This document shows, piece after piece, positions 17,466 through 29,149 of a DNA stretch of 64,000 bases (position 1 is the first letter of the stretch; every line of letters begins with the position of its first letter). The DNA comes from Hyphomicrobiales bacterium (GTDB lineage: Bacteria > Pseudomonadota > Alphaproteobacteria > Rhizobiales > RI-29): contig WGLQ01000003.1 in assembly GCA_016125495.1 (NCBI GenBank), forward strand, positions 1-64,000, given 5' to 3'. Under the pieces are notes generated by a model. It worked only from the letters and a program-made list of their open reading frames with translations. It was not told the DNA's origin and did no database searches. Both the position numbers and the translations under genes were made by a program.

Positions 17466-17915
17466 TCACGCGGCGCTGCCAGCGCGCCTCTCGATCTCGT
17501 CGAGCGCCTCGAGCACGGCATCGAAGACCAGGAGCGTCGAGGTGTGGCGGGCTTTGAAATGGCGGACGGGACGCAGCAGGGCGAGATCGGCCCAGCGCCC
17601 GGTCGGCGGCTCGCCATCCTCCTTCAGCATCGCCCGCATCTGGCGCGCCACGTCGCGAAGCTCTTGCGGCGTCGAACCTTTCGCCTCTCTGGCGACAACC
17701 GCTGCCGAGGTCTGGCCGAGCAGACATGCCTTGACGGTGTGACCATAGGCGCTCACCAGGCCGTCCCTGACCTCGAGATCCACGGTGATCGTCGAGCCGC
17801 AGAGCTTGGAATGGGCGGTCGCGCTCGCGTCGGGATCGGGGAGCCGTTCGGCCGGTGGCATGTTGGCTGCCAGCGTCAGGATCTCGTCGGAATAGATGTC
17901 GTCGAGTTCGCTCAT
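17466..17915 (-). CDS. iron-sulfur cluster assembly scaffold, NifU/IscU-like N-domain (SufU-type) protein
   Basis: 149 aa. MSELDDIYSDEILTLAANMP... N-terminus and KLCGSTITVDL / TVKACLLGQ cysteines typical of NifU-N-like scaffold proteins. Confidence 0.65.
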   Translation of the reverse strand: MSELDDIYSDEILTLAANMPPAERLPDPDASATAHSKLCGSTITVDLEVRDGLVSAYGHTVKACLLGQTSAAVVAREAKGSTPQELRDVARQMRAMLKEDGEPPTGRWADLALLRPVRHFKARHTSTLLVFDAVLEALDEIERRAGSAA

Positions 17916-18193
17916 GCGTCATCCCACGTCATGGCAGATGGCCGGGCCAGTCGCTTGCGGGAGCATGGCGGAGGCCATATGTTGCTGGCCACGCGCGGCG
18001 GCCGGGCTGGCGATCAACTTACACTTGAAATCGTCATAACGTGTCACCCATACGAGTAACAAGCGAACTTGGCGCAAGGGCCGATCCGATGCCAGCAGGA
18101 TTCGGCGCAGTCGAGCCGCCGAGCGACCTGGGGCGTAAGGTCGCGGGCGACGACCCCCGGCACGCCATCCTCGAAAGGGACTGAGGCATCGGA

Positions 18194-18835
18194 ATGGACG
18201 CAATCGTACGCAAGAGCGCGGCAATCGCCCGCGAGGCCTCGGCAAGCACCGGCTCGCCAGCGCCCAGACCTTCCCGGGAAGAGGCCGAGGCCGCGGTGCG
18301 CACGCTCATCGCCTGGTCCGGCGACGACCCGACGCGCGAGGGCCTCATCGACACGCCGAAGCGCGTGCTCAACGCCTACGACGAATTCTTCAGCGGCTAC
18401 GGCGAGGATCCGGTCGAGATCCTCTCGCGGACCTTCGAGGAGGTCGCTGGTTACGACGACCTCGTCATGCTGCGCGACATCGACATGAACTCGCACTGCG
18501 AGCATCACATGGTGCCGTTCGTCGGGCGGGCCCATGTCGCCTACTACCCGACCGATCGCGTGGTCGGGATCTCCAAGCTCGCGCGCGTCGTCGAGGTCTT
18601 CTCGCGCCGCCTGCAGTCACAAGAGACGATGACGGCGCAGATCGTCGATGCGATCGAGCAGGCGCTGCGTCCGAGAGGCGTGGCCGTCATGATCGAGGCG
18701 GTGCATCAGTGCATGTCGCTGCGTGGCGTCAACAAGCGCAACGTCGCCACGATCACGACGCAGTTCACCGGCCTCTTCAAGGACGAGCTCAGCGAAAAGA
18801 ACCGCTTCATGCTGCTGGCCAGCGGGCGCCGCTAG
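18194..18835 (+). CDS. folE: GTP cyclohydrolase I
   Basis: 213 aa. CEHHMVPF...HQC zinc-site motifs. Collinear with FolE. Confidence 0.9.
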   Translation: MDAIVRKSAAIAREASASTGSPAPRPSREEAEAAVRTLIAWSGDDPTREGLIDTPKRVLNAYDEFFSGYGEDPVEILSRTFEEVAGYDDLVMLRDIDMNSHCEHHMVPFVGRAHVAYYPTDRVVGISKLARVVEVFSRRLQSQETMTAQIVDAIEQALRPRGVAVMIEAVHQCMSLRGVNKRNVATITTQFTGLFKDELSEKNRFMLLASGRR

Positions 18836-18889
18836 GTCAGCCGGCGAGGGCGGCGGCTGATCGGGCGCGCAAACCGAGCGAGCCGTGCG

Positions 18890-19330
18890 ATGGTGTTCCA
18901 GACACTGCAAGACAGCCACGAAATCGAGGCCGGCGATACCTTTGCGCCGCGCTTCGATGCCAAGGGCCTCGTTCCGGTGGTCACCACCTCGGCCGAGGAC
19001 GGCCGTGTGCTGATGCTCGCCTACATGAACGCCGAAGCGCTCGCCCGCACGATCGAGACCGGCATCGCGACCTATTGGAGCCGCTCGCGCGGCAAATTGT
19101 GGGTCAAAGGCGAGACCAGCGGCAACGTCCAGCACGTCGTCGAATTGCGCACGGACTGCGATCAGGACGCCATCTGGATCGTAGTGCGGACAGCAGGCGC
19201 CGGGGTTGCCTGTCATACCGGCGCTGCGAGTTGTTTCTACCGCGCGATCGCCGTCGGGTCAGGGCCGGCAGCCGGCACTCGTCGGCTCGAGCCCCGCGAC
19301 CAGGTCCCGGGACCGTTCAAGAATAGTTAA
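18890..19330 (+). CDS. hisI: phosphoribosyl-AMP cyclohydrolase
   Basis: 146 aa. HisI core ([60 protein letters not shown]). Confidence 0.85.
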   Translation: MVFQTLQDSHEIEAGDTFAPRFDAKGLVPVVTTSAEDGRVLMLAYMNAEALARTIETGIATYWSRSRGKLWVKGETSGNVQHVVELRTDCDQDAIWIVVRTAGAGVACHTGAASCFYRAIAVGSGPAAGTRRLEPRDQVPGPFKNS

Positions 19331-19453
19331 TCGAATCGTCGCTACCCTGCCTGATTGGCATGGCCAACCCGGCACCTCGGTCGCAGGCACGCCCTCCGGT
19401 ACGGTGCTTGCTTGGCCGGTCCTGCGCGGAACGGCCGTGGAGGGGCTAAGACG

Positions 19454-20395
19454 ATGGGGACTGGGACGATCGGACTGGCGCTCGGTGGCGGAGCGGCAAG
19501 GGGCTGGGCGCACATCGGCATCCTCAAGGCCCTGTCGAAGGCCGGCATATTCCCCGACGTCATCGTCGGAACCTCGATCGGTGCCGTGGTCGGCGGCTGC
19601 CATGCCGCCGAGAAGCTCCCCCAGCTCGAGGAATTCGCGCTGAGCCTGACCAAGAGCAAGGTCTTCCGCCTGCTCGATTTCAATCTCGCGGGCTCGGGTC
19701 TCATCTCCGGCAGGCGGCTCTGCCAGCGGCTCGAGGATCATCTGGAGATGACCCGCATCGAGGAATTGCCGACCCGCTTTGCCGCCATCGCGACCGAACT
19801 CGGCACGGGTCACGAGATCTGGCTGACCAAGGGGCGCCTCGTCGATGCGCTGCGCGCTTCCTATGCGCTGCCGGGCATCTTCCATCCGGTCAACATCAAG
19901 GGGCGATGGCTGATCGACGGTGCCCTCGTGAACCCCATCCCGGTCTCGGTCTGCCGCGCGCTCGGCGCGCAGATGGTGATCGCGGTCAACCTCCACTGTG
20001 ATACCTTCGGGCGTGGCGCGGTCATCCCGGACTACGGCTTCGAAGACGTTTCGAGCGAGGACGATCTCGAGCGCCCCACCCCCGTCGCGCCAAAGAGCAC
20101 CTGGTCGGCCGCCCAGCTCCTGCATCGCCAGTTCTTCGGTCAAGTGTCCGGCGCGCCCGGCATCTCGAGCGTCATGATGGACGCATTCAGCATCATCCAG
20201 GACCGCATCGCTCGGGCGCGGCTCGCCGGCGATCCGCCGGACATCACTTTGAAGCCACGCCTCAAGGGCATCGGCCTCTTCGAGTTCCACCGCGCCGACG
20301 AACTGATCGCGCGCGGCGAGGAGGCGGCCGAGCGCATGATCAACAGGCTCGACGAGATTCGCGGCCCGGCGCTCGTTGAGACCACGGGGCGCTGA
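19454..20395 (+). CDS. patatin-like phospholipase (RssA family)
   Basis: 313 aa from MGTGTIGLALGGGAARGWAHIG (GGxR oxyanion), GTSIG nucleophile elbow, DGA(L) catalytic Asp. Confidence 0.8.
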   Translation: MGTGTIGLALGGGAARGWAHIGILKALSKAGIFPDVIVGTSIGAVVGGCHAAEKLPQLEEFALSLTKSKVFRLLDFNLAGSGLISGRRLCQRLEDHLEMTRIEELPTRFAAIATELGTGHEIWLTKGRLVDALRASYALPGIFHPVNIKGRWLIDGALVNPIPVSVCRALGAQMVIAVNLHCDTFGRGAVIPDYGFEDVSSEDDLERPTPVAPKSTWSAAQLLHRQFFGQVSGAPGISSVMMDAFSIIQDRIARARLAGDPPDITLKPRLKGIGLFEFHRADELIARGEEAAERMINRLDEIRGPALVETTGR

Positions 20396-20535
20396 CGCCG
20401 CGGCAAGCGCCGGCTCCAGCGGCGCCAGTTGCCCACGACGGCGCGCCGAGGCGTGCGCTCCGCACTCCCTGCCGTGACCAGCCGACTGCTCGCTCTGGCT
20501 TGCCGGGCCAAGCGGCATCGGGTCGACGGCCGAGG

Positions 20536-20967
20536 TCAGTTGGCCGCGATGTAGGCCCGCATGGCCTGCGCCTCCATGTCGACCTCGGCCAAGCGGTGCT
20601 TGACCACATCGCCGATCGAAATGATCCCGACCAGCTTTTCGGCGTCGACGACCGGAAGGTGACGGAAGCGGCCGCGCGTCATCTTTTCCATGAGGGACTC
20701 GATCGCCTCGTCGCGGCGGCAGGTGACCACCTCGCGCGTCATGACATCGCCAACCAGATCCTCGAGCGCGGCGGCGCCACGCGCGGCGACGGCACGGACC
20801 ACATCGCGCTCGGATAGGATGCCGACGATGGCGCCATTCCGGTCCACCACCACGACCGAGCCGACACGGTTTGCGGTCAGCTCGCGTGCCACCTCCTCCA
20901 GCGTCATCGAGGCGTGCGAAGTGACCACGCCGTTACCCTTGGCGGTCAGGATGGACTGAACGTTCAT
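20536..20967 (-). CDS. CBS-pair domain protein
   Basis: 143 aa from MNVQSILTAKG. Two CBS motifs (VGSVVVVDRNGAIVGILSERDVV; HLPVVDAEKLVGIISIGDVV). Upstream part of track ORF is junk. Confidence 0.75.
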   Translation of the reverse strand: MNVQSILTAKGNGVVTSHASMTLEEVARELTANRVGSVVVVDRNGAIVGILSERDVVRAVAARGAAALEDLVGDVMTREVVTCRRDEAIESLMEKMTRGRFRHLPVVDAEKLVGIISIGDVVKHRLAEVDMEAQAMRAYIAAN

Positions 20968-21349
20968 TACACGTCCCCTTGACAAATCCCTCGTTCGGCC
21001 AATGCGGCCACCAACCCCCGTTCTTCGACGTGTCATCCCTGGCGGACTGTCGTCGAGTGACCGCCGGGATGATCTTCTTGCCGGAGCCAAGCATTGCGCG
21101 AAATGCGAGAGGCCGCAAGCACGTGCAGCCCTCGTCTGTCGTGGCGCCGACGGACGCCACAAACGTCGTTTACGCATTCTTACGATCGCCCCCGGGGGGA
21201 AACGATCGGCGCTGGCGTTGGCACAAGTCCTGCTCTTGGAGGCGGCAGATGAAGCGCGGCGACCGTCCGTCGGTCGGTCGCGCTCGGCAGGGGTCATTCG
21301 GGCGAGGGGCGGCAGTCGGGCAATCGGCTGTGTTGGGAGCGTATCCGCG

Positions 21350-21973
21350 ATGCAGGAAAAGAATAACCAGATCCTCTATGGGTATTGGAATGGCGTGCGG
21401 GGGGAGCGCTTGGCGCCGCGCCGCTTCGACATCGAGCCGTCGCGGATCGCCGAGATTCTCCCCGACACGTTCATCCTGGAGCGAGTCGAACTCGAGCGCT
21501 TCCGGTTCAGGCTCGCCGGGACGCGGATCTGCGAGCTGTTCGGGCGGGAGTTCCGCGGCATCGATCTGATGGACATCTGGCATGGCGACGACCGCAAGGC
21601 CATCGGCGACGTCATGCAAACCGTGGTTCGTGATGCGGCCGTCGGCATCGTCCGCTTCCAGGCGAGCGCGGGTGGCAAGACGCTGTCGGAATGCGAAATG
21701 ATCCTGCTGCCGCTCGTGCACACGGGCGATCAAGTGAACCGCGTGCTCGGCGCGCTGGCGACCGCAGGTCGGCAGGGGTGGGCCGTCGGCCGCCCGATCG
21801 AGGCCATCCGGCTCATCGGCGTCGAGACGATCTGGCCGGACGGGCGGCCATTCGCGGTGGTCAACCGGATGGATCGCCAGTCGCCGTTCCTGACACAGCC
21901 GCGCTATTCGCGCCTCGTGACCAGCGAGCACCGCGCGTTCCGCGTCTACGATGGCGGGCGCAGCCAGGACTGA
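21350..21973 (+). CDS. PAS_5 (PF07310-type) domain protein
   Basis: 207 aa from MQEKNNQILYGYWNGVRGERLAPRRFDIEPSRIAEILPDTFILE, the diagnostic N-terminus of the alphaproteobacterial PAS_5 family. Confidence 0.55.
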   Translation: MQEKNNQILYGYWNGVRGERLAPRRFDIEPSRIAEILPDTFILERVELERFRFRLAGTRICELFGREFRGIDLMDIWHGDDRKAIGDVMQTVVRDAAVGIVRFQASAGGKTLSECEMILLPLVHTGDQVNRVLGALATAGRQGWAVGRPIEAIRLIGVETIWPDGRPFAVVNRMDRQSPFLTQPRYSRLVTSEHRAFRVYDGGRSQD

Positions 21974-22138
21974 TCCGGCAGACGGCGACGTCCCGTTCTT
22001 AGGACCCCCCTTTTTGGTGTCACTCATCGCCCTGACTTTAGGCGTTTGTTAAACGCGGCGGGCGATCCTGTTCGGTGAAGGCCAGTCATCCGCACGGCCC
22101 GCGTCAAACCTTCACTGAACCGGGATCGATCCACACCA

Positions 22139-22768
22139 ATGGCAACTCAGGGCCAGCTCTCGGAATCGCGACCGCGCGGCACGCTCTCGCGGATCGCGGC
22201 GGACCGACGCCGCCACAAGCGCTGCACGATGTCACTGATCGGGCGCTTCATGTCGAGCGACCAGCAGGAGCACCCCTGCCGCCTGCGCGACATTTCCGTC
22301 GGAGGCGCGGCGATCGAGACCAACAGGGTGGTCGGCGACGGCGAGCGGATCGTCGCCTACTTCGATGAACTCGGGCGGCTCGAGGGCACCGTGACGCGGC
22401 GCTTCGACGGCGGCTTCGGAATGCAGTTCGTCAACACGCAGCACAAGCGGGAAAAGTTGGCCGCCACACTGACGTGGCTCGTCAACCGGCATCTCCTCGA
22501 CCCTGCGGACGAGCGGCGACACGAGCGCATCGTGCCGAACGTGCGCGAAGCGGTCATCACCCTCGCCAATGGCGCCATGCTTCAATGCCGCCTCAACGAC
22601 GTCTCGGTCGGGGGCGCTTCGATCTCGGCCGAGGTCAAGCCCGAAGTCGGTGAGAACATCCTGCTCGGCAAGCTGCGCGGCCGCGTCGTGCGACATCACG
22701 AGCAGGGCTTCAGCGTGCAGTTCACGGACATCCAGAGCCCGAACGCGATCCGCCGCAATTTCAGCTGA
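22139..22768 (+). CDS. tandem PilZ-domain protein (putative c-di-GMP receptor)
   Basis: Two repeats each with RxxxR ... D/NxSxGG (RRRHKR...DISVGGAAIE and RRHERI...DVSVGGASIS). Confidence 0.6.
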   Translation: MATQGQLSESRPRGTLSRIAADRRRHKRCTMSLIGRFMSSDQQEHPCRLRDISVGGAAIETNRVVGDGERIVAYFDELGRLEGTVTRRFDGGFGMQFVNTQHKREKLAATLTWLVNRHLLDPADERRHERIVPNVREAVITLANGAMLQCRLNDVSVGGASISAEVKPEVGENILLGKLRGRVVRHHEQGFSVQFTDIQSPNAIRRNFS

Positions 22769-22899
22769 GCCGCGTCAAGACAAGGGCCTTCCGGGCCCTT
22801 TGCGTCCGATCCCGCGCGCTGCGCCTCGTGCGGCGACAATCGCCAGCCGGCGCCTCCGGGCGCCGCCGTCCTTCCGAACGAGTGTCGAGATGGATGGAA

Positions 22900-22977
<78 letters not shown>

Positions 22978-23338
22978 GCGTGGACGGACTGGGTCCGCCA
23001 AGCCGAGAGTGGGTACGGGGGTGCGCGCCGGGTGTCAAGGGTCTCGTGAACGACCCGAAGCGCAAACCGATGATCAGGGCTCCCGAAACGAACCCGCCGG
23101 CCAGCCCGACCATCTCGACATTTGAGTTTTACATGCATCGTCCCGGCATGGCACACTCGAAATACCGCAAGCGGGTGGCGGCGCCCGCATGCGCGAATGA
23201 TCGAGGAGCGCCATGACGAAACAGGGTTCGGCGGGGGCCGGGAAGAGTCGTGACGGGGCCGCTTCATCGAGAGCGGTTGAGGGATCAGAAATGCCGGCCC
23301 GCGGCGGCAGTATCGCGGGTGGCGGGCGATCATCGACA

Positions 23339-24343
23339 ATGGACATGACGCGCCGGGGGGCGCTCGGTGCGCTCGGTGGTGCGCTCGGTGTGCTCGGCGG
23401 CGTTGCCAACGGTGCCAAGGCCGACGATGGCACCTCCGCTCAGCTCGCCCAGGCAGGCCATGTGGATCACAAGTTGCAGGCACCGGGCTTTTATCGCCAG
23501 CGCGTCGGCGAGCGGGTCATCACGGTCATCAGCGACGGGCTCGTCAACTGGCCGGTCGGAGTGGCAGCAACCGACGTGCCGGACGCGCAGCTCAAGGCTC
23601 TGCTGCGCGAGAGCTTCCTCGATACCGAGACGGTCGCCGCACACCTCAACGCATGCGTGGTCGAGACGGCGGATGCCCGGATCCTCATCGATGCCGGAGC
23701 AGGTGCCGACTACCAACCGAGTTCGGGCCGACTGCTGCAGAACCTGGCGGCCGCCGGCTACAAGACCGAGGACATCGATCTCGTGGTGGTCACGCATTGC
23801 CACCTCGACCACATCGGCGGCCTCGTCGACCCGTTCGCGAACACGCCCGTCTTCCCGCGCGCCGACTACGTGATGCTGGGCGCAGAGTGGGACTTCTGGA
23901 CGGGCGAGCAGGCGCGCGCGACGCTCAAGGAGCCGTGGTCCGCAACCATCGACAAAGTGCAGGCCATCCTGCTCGCGATCAGCGCGCGGGTTCGCCGATT
24001 GACGGAGCCTGGTGAAGTGGCGCCAGGGATCTCGCTCTTTACGACGGGCGGTACCACACCGGGCCATGCGTCGGTGCTGGTCGATGGCGGAGCCGAGAAG
24101 CTCATCATCGCCGGCAATGCACTTGCGCATGCTGTCGTTGCTTTCGAGAGGCCCGACTGGCGCTCCGGCCTCGATCTCGACGCCGAGATGGCCAAGAATA
24201 CGCGGCTCGCGTTGCTGGAACGGTGTGCGAACGAGGCACCGTTGGTGCTCGGCTATCATCTGCCGTATCCCGGGCTCGGCCGCGTCGGGCGGCGCGGACG
24301 GACCTATCGCTGGGTACCCTCGCTCTGGACCTGGGAGGTTTGA
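23339..24343 (+). CDS. Tat-exported MBL-fold metallo-hydrolase
   Basis: 334 aa from MDMTRRGALGALGGALGVLGG (twin-arginine). HxHxDH motif VVVTHCHLDHIGG. Later His/Asp ligands. Confidence 0.65.
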   Translation: MDMTRRGALGALGGALGVLGGVANGAKADDGTSAQLAQAGHVDHKLQAPGFYRQRVGERVITVISDGLVNWPVGVAATDVPDAQLKALLRESFLDTETVAAHLNACVVETADARILIDAGAGADYQPSSGRLLQNLAAAGYKTEDIDLVVVTHCHLDHIGGLVDPFANTPVFPRADYVMLGAEWDFWTGEQARATLKEPWSATIDKVQAILLAISARVRRLTEPGEVAPGISLFTTGGTTPGHASVLVDGGAEKLIIAGNALAHAVVAFERPDWRSGLDLDAEMAKNTRLALLERCANEAPLVLGYHLPYPGLGRVGRRGRTYRWVPSLWTWEV

Positions 24344-24486
24344 CGGCGTCGGTGCGCCGACCCGACCGGTGCGCGATCACCGGCGCCGGCGCCGGCCATT
24401 GACGATGCCCGATTTTACGCTGGCGGTTGGCTGCGGGCCCATGATAGAGACCGCAGGTTTCTCGCGTTATCCTGGCGCACCCCTCA

Positions 24487-24572
24487 GCGGGCGTGGTGGA
24501 ACTGGCAGACACGCGAGGTTTAGGTCCTCGTGGGCTTCGCCCGTGGGGGTTCAAGTCCCTCCGCCCGCACCA
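24487..24572 (+). tRNA. tRNA-Leu(TAG)
   Basis: Acceptor GCGGGCG/CGCCCGC + A73 + CCA. Anticodon arm CGAGG-TTTAGGT-CCTCG. Long variable arm typical of Leu. T-arm GGGGGTTCAAGTCCC. Confidence 0.9.
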
Positions 24573-24635
24573 GGCTCAATGGCGGTCACGCAATGGCGTG
24601 GCCACGACAAACGGAATTGTCCGACATGCACGTTA

Positions 24636-25984
24636 CCGAGACCATGAACGAAGGGCTGAAGCGCCAGCTCCAAGTGACGATCAGCGCGGCAGAACTGGCC
24701 AGCCGCGCCGACGAGCGGATCGCAGAGCTCAAGGACCAGGTGCGCATCAAGGGGTTCCGGCCCGGCAAGGTTCCGTTCGCGCACATCAAGCGGCTGTACG
24801 GTCGCTCGGTGATGGCGGAAGTGCTGGAGAAGGCGGTCAACGAGACGACGCAGCGCGCGCTCGATGAACGCAACGAACGCCCGGCGCTGCGACCCGACAT
24901 CAAATTCTCCGAGGAGGAGGGGGCCATCGACAAGGTGATCGCGGGTGAGGCCGACCTCTCCTACGACGTCACGTTCGAGGTGCTCCCGAGCTTCGAGGTG
25001 GTCGATTTCAAGACGCTCAAGCTCGAGCGCCCGGTCGCCGAGGTGCCGGCCGCGCAGATCGACGAGGCGATGGAGCGGCTGCGCGAGCAGGGCGTTTCCT
25101 ACGACGTCCAGGAGGGCCGGGCCGCCGAAGCACGCGACCGGCTGACGATCGATTTCGAGGGCCGCATCGATGGCGAACCGTTCGAGGGCGGCTCGGGCGA
25201 GGACATGTTCGTCGTGATCGGCCGCGGCGGTTTCATTCCGGGCTTCGAGGACGGGCTCACGGGCGCCAAGGCGGGCGAGGAGCGTGACGTCAAGGCGAGC
25301 TTTCCGGACAATTATCCGGCCGAGCAGCTCAGGGGCAAGGACGCCGTCTTCAAGGTCAAGGTCAAGGACGTCGCGGTGCCGCGGCTGCCGGAACTCGATG
25401 ACGAATTCGCCAGCAAGCTCGGGCTCGACAGCCTCGCCAAGTTGCGGGCGGCGGTCGAGGAGCGCACGAACGCCGAGTATGCCTCGGCCACTCGCGCCAA
25501 GCTCAAGCGCAAGCTGCTCGATGCACTCAACGACGCCCACACCTTCGATTTGCCGGCATCGCTGGTGGACAGTGAGTTCGAGGGCATCTGGCGGCAGGTG
25601 ACGCAAAGCCTCGAGCAGGCCGGCCGCACACTCGCGGACGAGGGCAAGACCGAGGAGGCCGCCCGTGACGAGTACCGCGCGATCGCGGCGCGGCGCGTGC
25701 GCCTCGGGCTCGTTCTCTCGGATGTCGGCGAGAAGAACCAGATCACGGTCAGTGACGAGGAACTGGCGCGCGCCATGGTCGAGCAGGCCCGGCGCTATCC
25801 CGGCGAGGAACGCCAAGTCTACGAGTTCCTGCGCAAGTCGCCCGAGGCGATGCTGCAATTGCGCGCCCCGCTCTTCGAGGACAAGGTCGTCGACTTCATT
25901 CTCGAACTCGCCGAGGTGACGGACACGGTCGTTACGCCCGAAGAACTGCTTGCGGTCGAGGACGAGGACGAGCAGCAGGGCTGA
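24636..25984 (+). CDS. tig: trigger factor
   Basis: 449 aa. [19 protein letters not shown] start typical of TF. PPIase region [10 protein letters not shown]. Followed by clpP-clpX-lon as in many bacteria. Confidence 0.9.
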
Positions 25985-26135
25985 GCCACGGCCGGGCCAG
26001 CCGAGACCACGGCCGGTGCCCACCGGCCGCGCAGCCGAGTGGCGCGCAGCCGTGCGACGCCTCGCCAGAGGCGGCACACGCACGGCACGCCACGCGCGCC
26101 CATCGAGCAACCCCCGTTCGAGGAAGGACAGAGAG

Positions 26136-26768
26136 ATGAGAGACCCGGTCGCCGTCTACACGAACACCCTGGTGCCCATGGTCGTCGAGCAGACGAACCG
26201 GGGCGAACGCGCCTACGACATCTATTCGCGCCTCCTCAAGGAACGCATCATCTTCGTCACGGGTCCGATCGAGGATCACATGGCGACCCTTGTCACGGCG
26301 CAGTTGCTCTTCCTGGAGGCCGAGAACCCCAAGAAGGAGATCGCCATGTACATCAACTCGCCCGGCGGCGTGGTGACGTCGGGCATGGCGATCTTCGACA
26401 CCATGCGGTTCATTCGTCCGGCGGTTTCGACACTCTGCATCGGGCAGGCGGCCTCGATGGGCTCGCTGCTGCTCTCGTCGGGCGAGAAGGGCATGCGCTT
26501 TGCACTGCCGCATGCACGCGTCATGCTCCACCAGCCCTCGGGCGGGTTCCAGGGGCAGGCGAGCGACATCGAGCGGCACGCGGAGGAAATCATCAAGCTC
26601 AAGCGCAAGCTCAACCTGATCTACGTCGACAACTCGGGCCAGCCGCTCGAGGTCGTCGAGCGCACGCTCGACCGCGATCACTTCATGAGCGCGGAGGAGG
26701 CCAAGAGTTTCGGCCTGATCGACGAGGTCATCAGCAAGCGCAAGGTCGACGAGGCCGAGCAGAAATAG
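26136..26768 (+). CDS. clpP: ATP-dependent Clp protease proteolytic subunit
   Basis: 210 aa. Ser-His-Asp triad context ([16 protein letters not shown]). Only the last 210 codons of the track ORF are credible. Confidence 0.9.
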   Translation: MRDPVAVYTNTLVPMVVEQTNRGERAYDIYSRLLKERIIFVTGPIEDHMATLVTAQLLFLEAENPKKEIAMYINSPGGVVTSGMAIFDTMRFIRPAVSTLCIGQAASMGSLLLSSGEKGMRFALPHARVMLHQPSGGFQGQASDIERHAEEIIKLKRKLNLIYVDNSGQPLEVVERTLDRDHFMSAEEAKSFGLIDEVISKRKVDEAEQK

Positions 26769-27239
26769 CCCCGTTCGTCGGAGGCCGGGAAACGCCTCAT
26801 GGCCGTCGCCGCTTGGCGTTACCGGCCGCCACGACGGGCGATTCGTCCGCCAATGCCCTCAAGGAAGCCACCGATGGTCGCGTCGGGAGCTAAGGATGGC
26901 CCGTGCCCGGTCCCTCGCCAACGTCACGGGATCGACAAATAGTCGTTATGGTTCCGCCGTTTCGAGGGGGCATCGACACGATCGTGAGGGGGGCGACCGG
27001 CTACCCCATTGAAACCGGGGTTGGCATGGGCCAAACTTGGAAGTTGTCGTCGTGGCGCGAGCGTGCCCGGCGAGGTGGTACTGGACGGGTTGCAGTGCGG
27101 GCTTGAACGTCGCGAGAGTCGCGTGCTCTCATCGCCTCGCGGACGTTCCACGGGGCCGGGCCGCACCGCGGGGCGCTCGGGAAACAAGGCGCAGTGCGCT
27201 GCATTGATTTGCAGCCGCCAACAAACAGATGACGGGCCA

Positions 27240-28487
27240 ATGAGCGAGAAGAATACCCTCTACTGTTCCTTCTGCGGCAAGAGCCAGCACGAGGTCCGCA
27301 AGCTGATCGCGGGGCCGACGGTGTTCATCTGTGATGAATGCGTGGAGCTGTGCATGGACATCATCCGCGAGGAGAACAAGACCTCGCTCGTCAAGTCGCG
27401 CGACGGCGTGCCGACGCCTCAGGAAATCTGCCGCATCCTCGACGACTACGTGATCGGTCAGGAAAAGGCCAAGCGCGTCCTCTCGGTGGCGGTTCACAAC
27501 CACTACAAGCGGCTCAACCACGCCACCAAGAACAACGACGTCGAGCTCCAGAAGTCGAACATCCTGCTGATCGGCCCGACCGGCTGCGGCAAGACGCTGC
27601 TCGCCCAGACGCTGGCGCGCATGCTCGATGTCCCCTTCACCATGGCCGACGCGACGACCCTCACGGAAGCCGGTTACGTCGGCGAGGACGTCGAGAACAT
27701 CATCCTCAAGCTGCTGCAGGCGGCCGACTACAACGTCGAGCGGGCCCAGCGCGGCATCGTCTACATCGACGAGGTCGACAAGATCAGCCGCAAGTCGGAC
27801 AACCCCTCGATCACCCGCGACGTCTCGGGCGAGGGTGTCCAGCAGGCACTCCTCAAGATCATGGAGGGCACGGTTGCGAGCGTGCCGCCACAGGGTGGGC
27901 GCAAGCATCCCCAGCAGGAATTCCTGCAGGTCGACACGACCAACATCCTCTTCATCTGCGGCGGAGCCTTCTCGGGCCTCGAGAAAATCATCTCGCGGCG
28001 TGGGCGCTCGACCTCGATCGGGTTCGGAGCCAACGTCAGGGCCGAGGACGACCGGCGGACCGGCCAAGTGCTGTCGGAGGTGGAGCCCGAAGACCTGCTC
28101 AAGTTCGGCCTCATCCCCGAGTTCATCGGCCGCGTGCCCGTGCTCGCAACACTCGAAGACCTGGATGAGCCGGCGCTGGTGAAAATCCTCAGCGAGCCGA
28201 AGAATGCTCTCGTCAAGCAGTACCAACGCCTGTTCGAGATGGAGGACGTGCAGCTCACGTTCCACGAGGATGCGCTGACGGCGATTGCGCGCCGGGCCAT
28301 CGAACGCAAGACCGGCGCTCGCGGCCTGAGGTCGATCATGGAGGCGATCCTGCTCGATACCATGTTCGATCTGCCGAGCCTCAAGGGTGTCGAGGAAGTC
28401 GTGATATCGGCCGAGTCCGTCGAGGGCAGCGCACGACCGTTGCGGATCTACTCGGACCGCGCCGAGGAAATCGAGTCGAGCGCCTGA
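27240..28487 (+). CDS. clpX: ATP-dependent Clp protease ATP-binding subunit ClpX
   Basis: 415 aa. Zinc-finger CSFCGKS...CDEC. Walker A GPTGCGKT. Walker [10 protein letters not shown]. Conserved C-terminus. Confidence 0.95.
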   Translation: MSEKNTLYCSFCGKSQHEVRKLIAGPTVFICDECVELCMDIIREENKTSLVKSRDGVPTPQEICRILDDYVIGQEKAKRVLSVAVHNHYKRLNHATKNNDVELQKSNILLIGPTGCGKTLLAQTLARMLDVPFTMADATTLTEAGYVGEDVENIILKLLQAADYNVERAQRGIVYIDEVDKISRKSDNPSITRDVSGEGVQQALLKIMEGTVASVPPQGGRKHPQQEFLQVDTTNILFICGGAFSGLEKIISRRGRSTSIGFGANVRAEDDRRTGQVLSEVEPEDLLKFGLIPEFIGRVPVLATLEDLDEPALVKILSEPKNALVKQYQRLFEMEDVQLTFHEDALTAIARRAIERKTGARGLRSIMEAILLDTMFDLPSLKGVEEVVISAESVEGSARPLRIYSDRAEEIESSA

Positions 28488-29149
28488 GCGGCACCCTGAT
28501 TGTCGGTCCCAGCCGCGCCCGTTCTCCAGGCCATGGGGGCTCGGTTCTTGCGCCCCGGGCCATGCGTTGACATCGCGCCCTCGGCCTGCCGACGGAGTGG
28601 CGCGGGCGCACGGTCGCCCATTCACCTTGTTGCGCGCCAACGAGCGTTGGGGGTTGTGGCTGGCGTGCCACCCCCATGTTGCAACTCCCGGGTTGCAAGG
28701 CGCTTTCAACGCACTGTAGGATCATGTGACATGGTGATGTCCGTTGCGGGCACGCCATGGCCCGCGTTTCCTGTTGTGATCCGTTCCAGAGCCGACTCCA
28801 TGCCCACTGGCCATGATCTCTGGCGGGATCATCGGGTTGTCGCCGAGCCTCTCCCGAGAGGCGTTCGAGGGGATCGGCGTTCGCGTGCGGGTTGATCGAA
28901 CCGGTGTCCGCGTCCCATCGTGCCTTTGCGGAACCGCGTTTCAGGATCCGCGCCGTGGCGTTCTTCCGCGTCCCGCCCCCTTTACCCGCGCCGACCAGAG
29001 ACCGGACCACGCCCGGTTCACCGGGAGGAGCCCGATCGGAGCCGGGCCGCGATGCGTAGAGCTTCGGGAGGACAGGCCGCGTCACAGACGGAGCGGGCGC
29101 GGTTCGCGGAACTGATCGGGTATCGAGGTCGGGCTTATCGGTGCGTAAG

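Noticed and set aside
19454-20395. Patatin-like phospholipase as a CBASS CapV-type effector
   Set aside because: No cyclic-oligonucleotide synthase (CD-NTase) or ancillary Cap genes adjacent. Neighbours are folE and hisI. Best explained as a housekeeping RssA-type lipase.
24551-26110. 519-aa minus-strand ORF antisense to tig
   Set aside because: Antisense to trigger factor. Repetitive Leu/Arg/Gly composition.
27129-28709. 526-aa minus-strand ORF antisense to clpX (and 857-aa ORF 29172-31745 antisense to lon)
   Set aside because: Antisense to universally conserved genes.
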